64,000 bases of DNA. Source: an uncultured delta proteobacterium (GTDB lineage: Bacteria > Desulfobacterota > Syntrophobacteria > BM002). Numbering within the stretch: position 1 is the first letter of the stretch; every line of letters begins with the position of its first letter. The stretch is from assembly GCA_963712115.1 (NCBI GenBank), contig CAVQGX010000018.1, forward strand, positions 95,127 through 159,126, read 5' to 3'. Below, piece by piece: positions 47,168 to 56,961 of the stretch. The position numbers and the translations under genes were made by a program. A model generated the notes under the pieces. The model was not told the DNA's origin and ran no database searches. It worked only from the letters and a program-made list of their open reading frames with translations.

Positions 47168-48346
47168 GTGCGATTCCACGGTCTTTTATCTGTTAAGGCT
47201 TTAATCCTCGCAGTGATTTTTGTAATTTTGCCAGCGGCGATAGCATCTGCACAATCTGTAAAAACTGATGTAGTTACCGACACAGAAAATTGCTTATTCT
47301 GTCACAGGTACCCTAACATGGGTCGTTATGACAAAAGTGGCAATAAGAGGATTTACTATGTAAACGAAAATCTTTTTGCCTCATCGGTCCACGGAAAGCT
47401 AAGGTGCAAAAGCTGCCATGCTGGGCTGGATGAGATCCCCCACAGCAATGTGAAAAAGGTAGATTGTTCCTCTAACTGCCATATCAAAGAGCCATCCACC
47501 GGTAAAGAATTTTCCCACTCAAATATGGTTGAAAAATACCGGGCTAGCGTTCACGGGGTGGGAGCAGGTGACAAAGCAAAACGTCATCCCGAGGATTTGC
47601 CAACCTGCAAGTACTGCCACGACAACCCAATGTATCGTGCTCCCAGTGGGGTCTGGGGTCAAAGCGAGGCTTTGATCAACGAGACCCTGGCGAGGTGCAT
47701 GGGGTGCCATACTTCATCCCACTGGGCAGAAAGATTCTATTCCCATTTCACCCACCGCATGAGGAAGAGAAGAAGTCAGGGAGAAATAGTAAGCCTGTGT
47801 ACAAGCTGCCATGAAGATCAAGAGAAAATGGCACGCCATGGTATCGAGAGCATCGGAACTTATAAAGATACCTTTCATTGGATCCAGGTACAATATGGAG
47901 TAAAAGATGCTCCTGACTGTATCAGTTGCCATATACCAGTGGGATATTCGGCACATGACATACGGCCGAGAACCGACCGTATTTCGCCGATCAATCTAGA
48001 AAACAGAGTAAAAACGTGCAGCAATCAAGGGGGGGTGCAGTCTTGCCATCCCGGAGCCACGACTAAATTTGCCACCGGCAGGGTGCATGCATATGGGATG
48101 AAAGCGCAGCTCATGGCTAGCCAGAACCAGGCAAATTTTATGGAAGATCAGGATTTTGCCCTGGTCATGGAACGGGCCGAAAAAGACCTGTCTAGCAAAG
48201 AATTGTTTCATTACAAGGTGCAGAAGTTGGTCAAGCTTTTTTACAAGATTTTAATAGCTTTCGTTATCGGTTCTATGCTCATACATCAAGGACTCGACTA
48301 TGTGGCGAGCAGGAAACAGTTAAAATCTCGCTCATTAGATTCGTAA
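47168..48346 (+). CDS. Multiheme cytochrome c (6 CxxCH + CX3CH + CX8CH) with C-terminal His-bearing TM helix
   Basis: CLFCH, CKSCH, CSSNCH, CKYCH, CMGCH, CTSCH, CISCH, CSNQGGVQSCH; signal peptide. Confidence 0.9.
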   Translation: MRFHGLLSVKALILAVIFVILPAAIASAQSVKTDVVTDTENCLFCHRYPNMGRYDKSGNKRIYYVNENLFASSVHGKLRCKSCHAGLDEIPHSNVKKVDCSSNCHIKEPSTGKEFSHSNMVEKYRASVHGVGAGDKAKRHPEDLPTCKYCHDNPMYRAPSGVWGQSEALINETLARCMGCHTSSHWAERFYSHFTHRMRKRRSQGEIVSLCTSCHEDQEKMARHGIESIGTYKDTFHWIQVQYGVKDAPDCISCHIPVGYSAHDIRPRTDRISPINLENRVKTCSNQGGVQSCHPGATTKFATGRVHAYGMKAQLMASQNQANFMEDQDFALVMERAEKDLSSKELFHYKVQKLVKLFYKILIAFVIGSMLIHQGLDYVASRKQLKSRSLDS

Positions 48347-48356
48347 GGATTTTGCA

Positions 48357-49127
48357 ATGATTAAAAAAAGATGGTTTTCTAAAAGCAAAATTGATGCAAA
48401 GTCTGATGGCCATAGATACTTCGTACGGTTAAATTTTAATGAAAGAGTTCAACACATGATCTTTCTCATCTGTTTTATTGTCTTGGCCATAACCGGATTT
48501 ATGTTAAAGCTTCCCGAAGATATAGTGCAAAAATTTGGCGATGCCAAGGATGTGGTGTTTTATTACCGAGGGATATTACATCGCATTGCCGGTACTACTA
48601 TGATTCTGGTCAGCCTATATCATGTTTTCTACCTTCTGTTCAAACAGGCAGGCCGTCGCTGGCTTGTAGACATGCTGCCCAAATTCAAAGATTTGACTGA
48701 CATGATTGGCACCATGCTCTATTATCTGCGAGTCAAAGAGGAGCATCCTGAGTACGACAGATTTTACTACAAGCAGAAACTGGAGTACGGTGCATTGATT
48801 GCCGGTGCTACCCTGATGTCAGTAACGGGCCTACTTCTTTGGACTGAAGAAATGTGGCCAAAATTTCTTCTGGATATTGCCGTCATTGTCCATGGCATGG
48901 AAGCAATCCTGGCCTGTTTGGCAATCATGGTATGGCACCTGTATGACGTTCATCTTAGGCCGCGTAAGTTTCCCATCGATAACCTGTGGCTTACCGGTTT
49001 GATAGAAGAAGAAGAGATGCGGGAAGAGTTTCCCTTGCATTATAAAAGGATCATGGAGGACCCTGAACTCCAGAAAGTTTACCTAGTCCCAGAGCATGAA
49101 GAAGGAGATGCATCTCTCAGTGTCTGA
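48357..49127 (+). CDS. FdnI/HyaC-type di-heme cytochrome b
   Basis: ERVQH..LAITG, ILHRIAG, QKLEY, VHGMEAILA..WHLY. Confidence 0.9.
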   Translation: MIKKRWFSKSKIDAKSDGHRYFVRLNFNERVQHMIFLICFIVLAITGFMLKLPEDIVQKFGDAKDVVFYYRGILHRIAGTTMILVSLYHVFYLLFKQAGRRWLVDMLPKFKDLTDMIGTMLYYLRVKEEHPEYDRFYYKQKLEYGALIAGATLMSVTGLLLWTEEMWPKFLLDIAVIVHGMEAILACLAIMVWHLYDVHLRPRKFPIDNLWLTGLIEEEEMREEFPLHYKRIMEDPELQKVYLVPEHEEGDASLSV

Positions 49128-49175
49128 TTTTCCTAAAGAAGTGAATTGAAAAAAGAGTGAGAGGTTCTAGCGACC

Positions 49176-50006
49176 ATGAGTATATTTAGCAGGATTTTTC
49201 GGATCATTAAGAAGTTTCCCATTTTTCTATTGAAGTTTATTTATATCCTACCATTTTTATTGTTCGGCGCCTGGCTAATCAACCTGGTCTATTTTCAACC
49301 GGACTTACCCCAGGTTGAGGCCAAGCTGGCCGAGGAGTCCACCTTGATTATTGGTGAGGATCACGTTTTCAAAAAAATCCTCTTGCAGAAAGACGCTGCG
49401 CCCCGGGAGCATTTTCACTTGATTGACGAGTGGGTTACCCGTCAGGACCACATGGCACCAATTTGTCTGACCTGCCACGGAACCTATCCACACAGCAAGG
49501 AAGAAAAGGTCAGGTCTATTCTTAACTTTCATGGAGGCTTTCTGGCCTGTTCCGTATGTCACGCCCGCAAGGAAGCTGAACAACACCTAATTTACTTCGC
49601 CTGGGTTGATCGAGAAACCGGGGCGGTGTCCAAGCAAGCAAAAGGGGAATACGGTAAGTACCCAGCGAAAATATTTCCCATTGAAATTACCAAGGGAGCG
49701 AGGACAAGAATATTTCGACCGGTGAGCGAAGAGGCTGCAAAACAGTTTCTTACTTATAAGGATCAGTACACACCCGATCAAATCGCCCAGGCAAAAGCAA
49801 AGCTTCACGAACACATATCACCCAAACCGGTATTTTGTTCTGATTGCCACAAGAAAGAGGGATATCTTAATTTTTATGATCTTGGATTTGCTCAAACGAG
49901 GATTGATCATCTCAATTCAACAGAGATCGTTGGCATGATAGAAAAATACAAGAAGTTCTACCTCCCTTCCCAAATTGATTTTGGCCTTGAAAAAGCGATC
50001 CCGTAG
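49176..50006 (+). CDS. Membrane-anchored triheme cytochrome c
   Basis: N-terminal TM; CLTCH, CSVCH, CSDCH. Confidence 0.85.
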   Translation: MSIFSRIFRIIKKFPIFLLKFIYILPFLLFGAWLINLVYFQPDLPQVEAKLAEESTLIIGEDHVFKKILLQKDAAPREHFHLIDEWVTRQDHMAPICLTCHGTYPHSKEEKVRSILNFHGGFLACSVCHARKEAEQHLIYFAWVDRETGAVSKQAKGEYGKYPAKIFPIEITKGARTRIFRPVSEEAAKQFLTYKDQYTPDQIAQAKAKLHEHISPKPVFCSDCHKKEGYLNFYDLGFAQTRIDHLNSTEIVGMIEKYKKFYLPSQIDFGLEKAIP

Positions 50007-50105
50007 GTATATTTGTCCAGACAGAGGGTTTGGTGTATTATTACTAGGACGGAATACCGGGGAAAATTCCCCCCTGTTTAATTAACCAGATAGCTTGAAG
50101 GCCAG

Positions 50106-51044
50106 ATGATTAGGCAAATACTTTTTCTCTCCTTGATCCTCATTGTATACTTCTTGTCTCTCGGGACGACTAACTCCTTTGGCCTGGATGAGGACGGCTG
50201 TCTCACCTGTCATCAGTACCCGGGACTGGTGAGGCTCGAAAAAGGCGATGGAATTAAGGTCCTCCACATTGCCGAAAAAAAGTATTTCAACTCCCCCCAT
50301 GGTAAGCTTCGCTGCAAGGAGTGCCACACTGTAATCGCCAAGGTTCCCCACACTGGCGAAACAGCTACTGACTGCACCACCGAGTGTCATCAGAAGGATG
50401 CTGCCAAGATCCGAACTTATCCCCTGAAGACTTTGCACAAAGAGGAACAATCCTACATTGTCAGTTTGAAGGATGGATCGTCGTGTAGAACATGCCACCC
50501 CACATATCCGCACAGTGAAAACCAACTGGTAAGAGCCTTTCTAAACATGCATACAGGGTTTATGTACTGTGAGGTTTGTCATATAAAGAAAAGCAAAATC
50601 AATCATCTCGTCTATGACTGGGAAAGTAGTGAAAACGCAGATTTTAGCGGCGAGCCTTTTGGAACCTACTTTAACCCTCGAACCCAAAAAGCCCACAAGG
50701 CAGACGAACACTTCATTTCCAGGATTGCAGTTTTTTCACTGGATGGAGATAAAAAGAAGGGGCTGATAAATATGAAAGACAACGAGGCTGCCAGGGAGTT
50801 CATGGCGGTGAGGAAAAAATTGCAGCCGGAAGTTGAAAAGGAGAAATTGACATTCTTTCACAGAGATGTTGAAAGAGAACAAATATCCGTTGCTTGCAAC
50901 GAATGCCATTCTGCTGATAGTATTTTGGACTTCAAGAAGCTTGGATTCGACGAGAAAAAGACTAAACATCTAATTTATATTAATATTAAAGGACTAGTGA
51001 CAAAATATAAAGTCTTCTACTTTCCGAAACTGTTTGAAAAATAA
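50106..51044 (+). CDS. Periplasmic multiheme cytochrome c (5 CxxCH + CX3CH)
   Basis: CLTCH, CKECH, CTTECH, CRTCH, CEVCH, CNECH; signal peptide. Confidence 0.88.
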   Translation: MIRQILFLSLILIVYFLSLGTTNSFGLDEDGCLTCHQYPGLVRLEKGDGIKVLHIAEKKYFNSPHGKLRCKECHTVIAKVPHTGETATDCTTECHQKDAAKIRTYPLKTLHKEEQSYIVSLKDGSSCRTCHPTYPHSENQLVRAFLNMHTGFMYCEVCHIKKSKINHLVYDWESSENADFSGEPFGTYFNPRTQKAHKADEHFISRIAVFSLDGDKKKGLINMKDNEAAREFMAVRKKLQPEVEKEKLTFFHRDVEREQISVACNECHSADSILDFKKLGFDEKKTKHLIYINIKGLVTKYKVFYFPKLFEK

Positions 51045-51058
51045 TCTAGCACGACGAT

Positions 51059-52084
51059 TTGGTTAACCATAGAACTCCCCCTATGATTCTGGAAAATGTA
51101 TGTCGTTCTGTTAAGAAGCCTGCCATCATCGCATTAAGGCTATCAAGCAGTGCCTATCTCTTTACCTTTCTTCTAATCCCATGTGTTTTATTAACTTTTT
51201 TCGCTGTGCCCGCATTTGCCATAAGACTTGTTAATGTTAAGTTGCTTTTTGAATTAAGAGGAGAGTTCAATAAACCAACCGATGTATCGGTTTCCAAGAA
51301 CGGACTTATATACGTTGTCGACGGGGTAAATAATGCAATAAAGGTTTTTAATAGCAAGGGCAGATTCTTGTATTCTTTTGGCAAAAAGGGCTCCGGCCGG
51401 AGTGAATTCAGCTCACCACTGGGAATCGACATTGACAATGAAGGCCGGCTATATATAGCCGACTCTGGAAACCAAAGGGTGCAGATACTTGACAGCAAGG
51501 GAAGTTTTATAACAGAGATAAAACTCCCTCCCGACAATGACCAACTCGCCGATCCCACAGATGTTGCAGTCGATGATTTAAACAACAAATGTTACATAGT
51601 TGATAACGACAACCACCAAGTCCTGGCGTACGACCTTTCCAAGCTGAAACTGATAAAGACCTGCGGCAGTTATGGTGCCGGCACAGACCGGTTCAGGTAT
51701 CCTTTTTTTGCAGCCCTGGGTAAGGTGCAAAACCTCTACGTGGTTGATGTGATTAATACAAGGGTGCAAGTGCTGAACTCCGAAGGTTCGTTCATTGCTG
51801 AGATCGGCGGGTGGGGAGTTGAAAAAGGAAAGTTTTTCCGGCCCAAAGGGGTGGCCGTTGATAAAAGTAACCGGGTTTATGTGAGTGACAGCTATATGGG
51901 AGTGATCCAGGTCTTTGAATCAACTGGAGAGTTTTACGCTGCCCTGGGCGACCCTTCCACTGGTAAGGTCAAGAAGTTCAGGACCCCTATGGGACTATTC
52001 ATAGACCATGAAAACAGGCTTTATGTTGTTGAAACCCTGGCCAACAAGGTGAGCGTATTTCAATTTGCAGGTGTCACTGAATGA
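51059..52084 (+). CDS. Exported NHL-repeat beta-propeller
   Basis: F..P.GI..D..G.LYIADSGN.RVQ repeats; start uncertain. Confidence 0.9.
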   Translation: MVNHRTPPMILENVCRSVKKPAIIALRLSSSAYLFTFLLIPCVLLTFFAVPAFAIRLVNVKLLFELRGEFNKPTDVSVSKNGLIYVVDGVNNAIKVFNSKGRFLYSFGKKGSGRSEFSSPLGIDIDNEGRLYIADSGNQRVQILDSKGSFITEIKLPPDNDQLADPTDVAVDDLNNKCYIVDNDNHQVLAYDLSKLKLIKTCGSYGAGTDRFRYPFFAALGKVQNLYVVDVINTRVQVLNSEGSFIAEIGGWGVEKGKFFRPKGVAVDKSNRVYVSDSYMGVIQVFESTGEFYAALGDPSTGKVKKFRTPMGLFIDHENRLYVVETLANKVSVFQFAGVTE

Positions 52085-52128
52085 ACTTCAGCAGCCTGGT
52101 AGACACCTAGCGAATCTAATAAAAGACA

Positions 52129-54602
52129 GTGAAGAAAATAATATACACACATACCTTCCTTATTTTCCTCCTCTCCCTGGCCTTCAGCACTCAGGCACTC
52201 GGCCAGGACCAGAGTAACCCCAATTCAGCCAAGGCATGCGCCATATGTCACTACCGCTGGATAGAAACCTTCTTCGTTGAAGGCAGGGGTACGGACCTGG
52301 TGGAATATCAGGGGGAAAAAGTGGTGGCAACACCTGAAATGTGTTTTTCCTGTCACGACGGTAGTATCAGGGATTCCAGAGCAAAGTTAGACGAAAATAC
52401 CGGACACAAGACCAATAAAGAGCCGCCCCGGCAGATGAAGATACCCGAGATATTTCCCCTGGATGAAAATGGCAGAGTGCAATGTTCTACCTGTCATACC
52501 GCCCATGGAGTGCAAGGCGGCCCTCACAGCGGAGAAACAATTTTTATGAGAACCTCCAACAAGAATTCTGCCATGTGCCGCATGTGCCACCCAGCCGCAG
52601 ATGGGGGAATGGCGGCCGGCAATCACCCGGCAGGAATCATGCAGAAAGAGGTCCCCGCAAAGCTTGTTTCCCTAGGTGCTGTTACGGGTGGAAAAAGTAA
52701 CCAGATTATTTGCGAGACCTGCCATGTAGCCCACGGATCACCATATGAGAGCTTTTTGATCGCAGGTGCTGGTGACTCTGCCCTCTGCCTCGTCTGCCAT
52801 GAGGACAAAAACATTTTCGAGCCTGAAGGGACAAGGAAGCCCTTTCACGTTATAAATGTCCCTCCACAAAAGGCAAAAATACCTGCAGCCCTCATCCAAA
52901 AAGGGGCGAAAACAGGTTACCAGGGTTCTATAACCTGCCTGACCTGTCACAAGGTACACGGTAACAAAACCCAAGAACAATTCCTGTTAATCATGAGGAA
53001 TGAAGAACCCTCTTTATGCCTTACCTGTCATTTGGACAAAGAGTATCTTGTTGAGTTCAAAGCATAACCTTATGCATTCCGCCCCGGGGGAGAGAAATCT
53101 GCAAGGCAAAACAGCGGCAGAGGGAGGGATATGTTCACCATGCCACCTGCCGCATAAACCAGCAAGAAACCTAGGCGGAAAAGAAGACTTTACCACTCGG
53201 CTGTGTCTCAGTTGCCATAGCAAAGGAAATATCGGCGAGAAGGTTATTCCCCGAGGATATTCTCATCCATTGAATGTGGGTCCATTTGAAAAGAAAGAAG
53301 AAAATCCTTTTGTTACCGCTGTGGATGCCGAAAAAGGCAAATTAGCCCTGCCACTTTTCAATAGATATAATGTGCAAGATGAAAATGGCAAATTAACCTG
53401 TTCAACCTGCCACGAACCTCATGGACTGCCGGCGAATGCAACAAGAGGACAGAGAGCAAAGGATGGTGAGGGGCCTCAAAGCCAAATCTCTTCTTAGAAA
53501 ACAGTCACCAGATATCTGCCGCCAATGCCATAATAATAAATTTGATCTTGTCAATTCCAAACATGACCTAAGTAAATTGCCTGCCGAAGAGACAGATATG
53601 TTGAAAAGCAGAGGGGCCGGAGCCTGGGATTTGCGGGAATTGCCATCTGGTGCACGGTCAAGAGAAAGGTTACTTGTGGACAAGGGCAGACTCAGCCACA
53701 GGTAGCGAAAATAGGGCAGAAGAGATGTGCACGGGATGCCACAATGAAAGAGGGTTGGCCAGCAAGAAGGTTGTAAAAGGCTACTCTCACCCTGTAAATA
53801 TTTCGCCTTCTGAAAAAGGACTCACCACTACCCTGCCACTCTATAACAGCAAATGGAAAAACCTCTAAGGACGGAGTGCTGACCTGTCAAACTTGCCATG
53901 ATCCCCATCGGTGGGATCCCCTGAGGGCTTCGCAGGGAGACCATCTCGACATTGAGGCGGACTCGCAGAATAGATTCCTCAGATTAGAAAATTCACCATC
54001 ACCCACTCTTTGTGAAAACTGTCATCCAAACAAGGCCAGAGTAGAAAAGACTGATCACGACCTCATCATAACTGCTCCTGCCCACAGGAACACTATGGGT
54101 CAAACTCCGGCACAGTCTGGAACCTGCGGCGTGTGTCATCTCGTCCATAACAGTAAACACAAGATCAAGACTGTGGGCCCAGGAGTTTGGCCTGGGTACA
54201 GACGTGATGGCAAGGATGTGTAACTCCTGCCATTCGGAAAGCGGTATTGCCAAGAACAAAGTTCCTCCAATCGGTGATCATCCGCAAGATAAGCTTGTTA
54301 ATCTTTCCGGGAAGATTAAAAGCAGAGAGAACTTTCTGCCACTTTTTGACCCCATGTCAGGTGATCCGGTAATTGCGGGCAATATCTCCTGTGCATCCTG
54401 CCACAATGTTCACCAGTGGGACCCGAAACGGACTACTAAAGGTGAAGGTGTAAATCTTGAAGGGAATGCGACCAACAGTTTTCTCAGAATAGATTCCCCT
54501 GATCTTATGTGTAAGGACTGCCATGGTTTCCAGGCATTGTTGAAGTTCAAATTCTTCCATGATCCTGTTAGACGCAAAATGCAAGGCTTTACTCTTCCAT
54601 GA
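52129..54602 (+). CDS. Large multiheme cytochrome c, 20 CxxCH across six frame segments (five apparent frameshifts)
   Basis: 8+3+1+2+3+3 CxxCH counted; doubled CxxCH..H..LCxxCH pattern; signal peptide. Confidence 0.85.
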
Positions 54603-54830
54603 TTTAGAACCTTTCGGCTTACCTTTAAAATCCCTCCCCATCGATGGATCAGAGTTGTATGGCCTTGCCAGCCGAAGAGGTCTAAGGTTTAAGGCATAAG
54701 GCGAAAGGAGAGGATAAGTTTTATTTGATTGTTTTTGCCTTGTGCCTTGTGCCCTGCTGCCTTGAGCCATGCCCTCTGGTTTCAGCTAGAAGCCAGATCT
54801 TGTGGGCCTGAATTCTCTACTTAGGTACCT

Positions 54831-54957
54831 GGTGAGATCACCGTATAGGCCTGGGGATTTCACCAAATATCCACTAAAACAAACGACACTAATATTATCT
54901 AAACATTTGATGTTATTGATTAATTAAGACATCAACCCTTCTGGCACGCATATTGAT
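54831..54957 (+). promoter_or_regulatory. Tandem UAS and variant sigma54 promoter of hemA
   Basis: GGTGAGATCACCG-N7-CTGGGGATTTCACCAAAT; TGGCACGCATATTGAT at 54942-54957. Confidence 0.78.
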
Positions 54958-54996
54958 ATAACATCCTCGTAAATAACTGACTTTCAGCTAATAGGT

Positions 54997-56319
54997 ATGA
55001 TGGAACGTATTGTTCTTATAGGATTGAATCATAAAACTGCCCCGGTTGAGATCCGGGAAAAATTCGCCTCCGTTTGTCTGGACGGCACCAGCCCACTTGA
55101 GCAAATAGAGAAGCTTCCGCAGGTAAAGGAGGCTTTTTTTATCTCCACCTGCAACCGCATGGAAGTCCTGTTCACCACCTCAGCCCTTGATCAGGGAATG
55201 GGCCAGGTAGTGCGCCACTTGGCGGAGATTTATGGTAAAACCGGTGCTGCGCTGAAGCCTTATCTTTATATTCACCTGGACCATGAAGCGGTAAAACACC
55301 TCTTTAGGGTGACATGCAGCCTGGATTCCATGGTGGTGGGAGAGGCTCAGATACTCGGCCAGATCAAAAACGCCTACAGGGATGCGGTTGAGGCCAAGAC
55401 CTCGGGGGTGATTCTAAATCGGCTGCTGCACAGAGCCTTTTCAGTGGCAAAGCGAGTGCGCACGGAGACGCAAATTGGCAGCAGTGCGGTCTCCATAAGC
55501 TATGCTGCGGTGCAACTTGCCAAGAAGATATTCCAAGATCTGCAGGGCAAGAAGGCTATGCTGGTGGGGGCGGGCGAGATGGCTGAACTGGCTGCCGAGC
55601 ATCTCTTGGGCCAAGGGGTGGATGAGATTGTTGTGGCCAATCGTACTCTGGACCGGGCTCTGGGGCTGGCCAGAAGGTTTAAGGGAACCACCATACCTCT
55701 GGAAGAGCTGGCCCAGGAGTTGAATCGGGTGGACATCATCATCAGCTCCACAGGTTCTCCGGAACCAGTAATCAGTGCTCAGCAGGTGAGGACACAGATG
55801 AGAGCCCGCCGAAATCGGCCGCTCTTTTTCATTGATATCGCGGTACCAAGGGATATTGATCCGGAGGTTAATCGGATCGACAACGTCTATCTTTACAACA
55901 TAGACGATCTCCAAAATATTGTGGAGATCAATCGCACCAAGCGACTAAATGAGGCGACGCGAGCCGAGCATATAATTGAAGCTGAGGCCTTAAAATTTGA
56001 GGGCTGGCTGCGCACCCTGGAAGTTGTTCCCACCATAGTCTCTCTTCGTCGAAAGGCTGAGGAAATCCGTCAGACAGAGATTCTCAGGACCTACGGTCAA
56101 TTCCACTCTCTTCCTGAAGAGCAAATGGAAGCCATTGAAGTTCTCACCCGATCGATCGTCAATAAACTGCTCCATGACCCCATCCTGTTTCTCAAACGCA
56201 CCAGCGCTAGGGACAAGAAGGATTTTTACCTAGACATCACCCACAGACTTTTCGACCTGGATGAAGAGCAAGTGGAGATGGTTGACGGCGAAGCCCAGCT
56301 ATCTGTCGGCTCCCGCTAA
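54997..56319 (+). CDS. hemA: Glutamyl-tRNA reductase
   Basis: GLNHKTAPVEIREK, STCNR, SLDSMVVGEAQILGQ, GAGEM, DIAVPRD. Confidence 0.97.
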   Translation: MMERIVLIGLNHKTAPVEIREKFASVCLDGTSPLEQIEKLPQVKEAFFISTCNRMEVLFTTSALDQGMGQVVRHLAEIYGKTGAALKPYLYIHLDHEAVKHLFRVTCSLDSMVVGEAQILGQIKNAYRDAVEAKTSGVILNRLLHRAFSVAKRVRTETQIGSSAVSISYAAVQLAKKIFQDLQGKKAMLVGAGEMAELAAEHLLGQGVDEIVVANRTLDRALGLARRFKGTTIPLEELAQELNRVDIIISSTGSPEPVISAQQVRTQMRARRNRPLFFIDIAVPRDIDPEVNRIDNVYLYNIDDLQNIVEINRTKRLNEATRAEHIIEAEALKFEGWLRTLEVVPTIVSLRRKAEEIRQTEILRTYGQFHSLPEEQMEAIEVLTRSIVNKLLHDPILFLKRTSARDKKDFYLDITHRLFDLDEEQVEMVDGEAQLSVGSR

Positions 56320-56429
56320 TCGGTCACGGTCCGGCTCTGTTTGTAGTCGGTTTGGCAGTGACGCTTTCCGTCCCAAATCCACCGTCTAATTTAGCTATCA
56401 GGACTGAAAGCAGCTGCTCATGGAGTATT

Positions 56430-56557
56430 CCTGATCACCAGCAAGGTATTAGATGCAAGGCGCCGAGGAGCGACGACTGAGGCGTATGGGGCAATACGCC
56501 GCAAGGAGAAGCGATCGAAGGCAACGCGCGCAGATGATGCCTTGCTGGTGGATCAGG
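56430..56557. mobile_element. MITE/REP-like element, family C
   Basis: TIR CCTGATCACCAGCAAGG/CCTTGCTGGTGGATCAGG with central ggcgtat..atacgcc hairpin; single copy here. Confidence 0.6.
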
Positions 56558-56624
56558 GCCGTGCTCCCCCATAGCCTTTGCGGGCAGGAAATGATATGCT
56601 TACAGGGCTAGGGGACTTCACGTG

Positions 56625-56808
56625 TAGCCCGGATGTTTCATGAATCGCTTACTACGACCACGGATATGGGCGTCCTTCCGTGTGTCCTCGGGTTTCGGCC
56701 CCTGCGACGTACCATTCAGGTACGCCTCGGGCCCAACACCCTGTGGTTGCCCGGTGGCACGCCCATCTTCGCGGTCTCGCGACACCAATTCATGAGACAT
56801 CCGGGCCA
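56625..56808 (-). mobile_element. MITE family A, copy 4
   Basis: TAGCCCGGATGTTTCATGAAT..ATTCATGAGACATCCGGGC; reverse-complement match to 9979-10171. Confidence 0.8.
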
Positions 56809-56961
56809 GAGCTTCAAATCTTCATCGTTGTCGGTTGAATCTTTCAGGTCTGGATACTCTTAATCAACCGGCAGGTCGAGATTTTTATTCATAAGGCTCA
56901 GCAAAAATGTGATGACCCCTTGATCACACTCGAAGGCAAAAAACAAGGGATCATTACCGCG

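Noticed and set aside
34557-54602. Selenocysteine or pyrrolysine readthrough to explain split redox genes
   Set aside because: The breaks are frame changes, not in-frame TGA/TAG at catalytic positions
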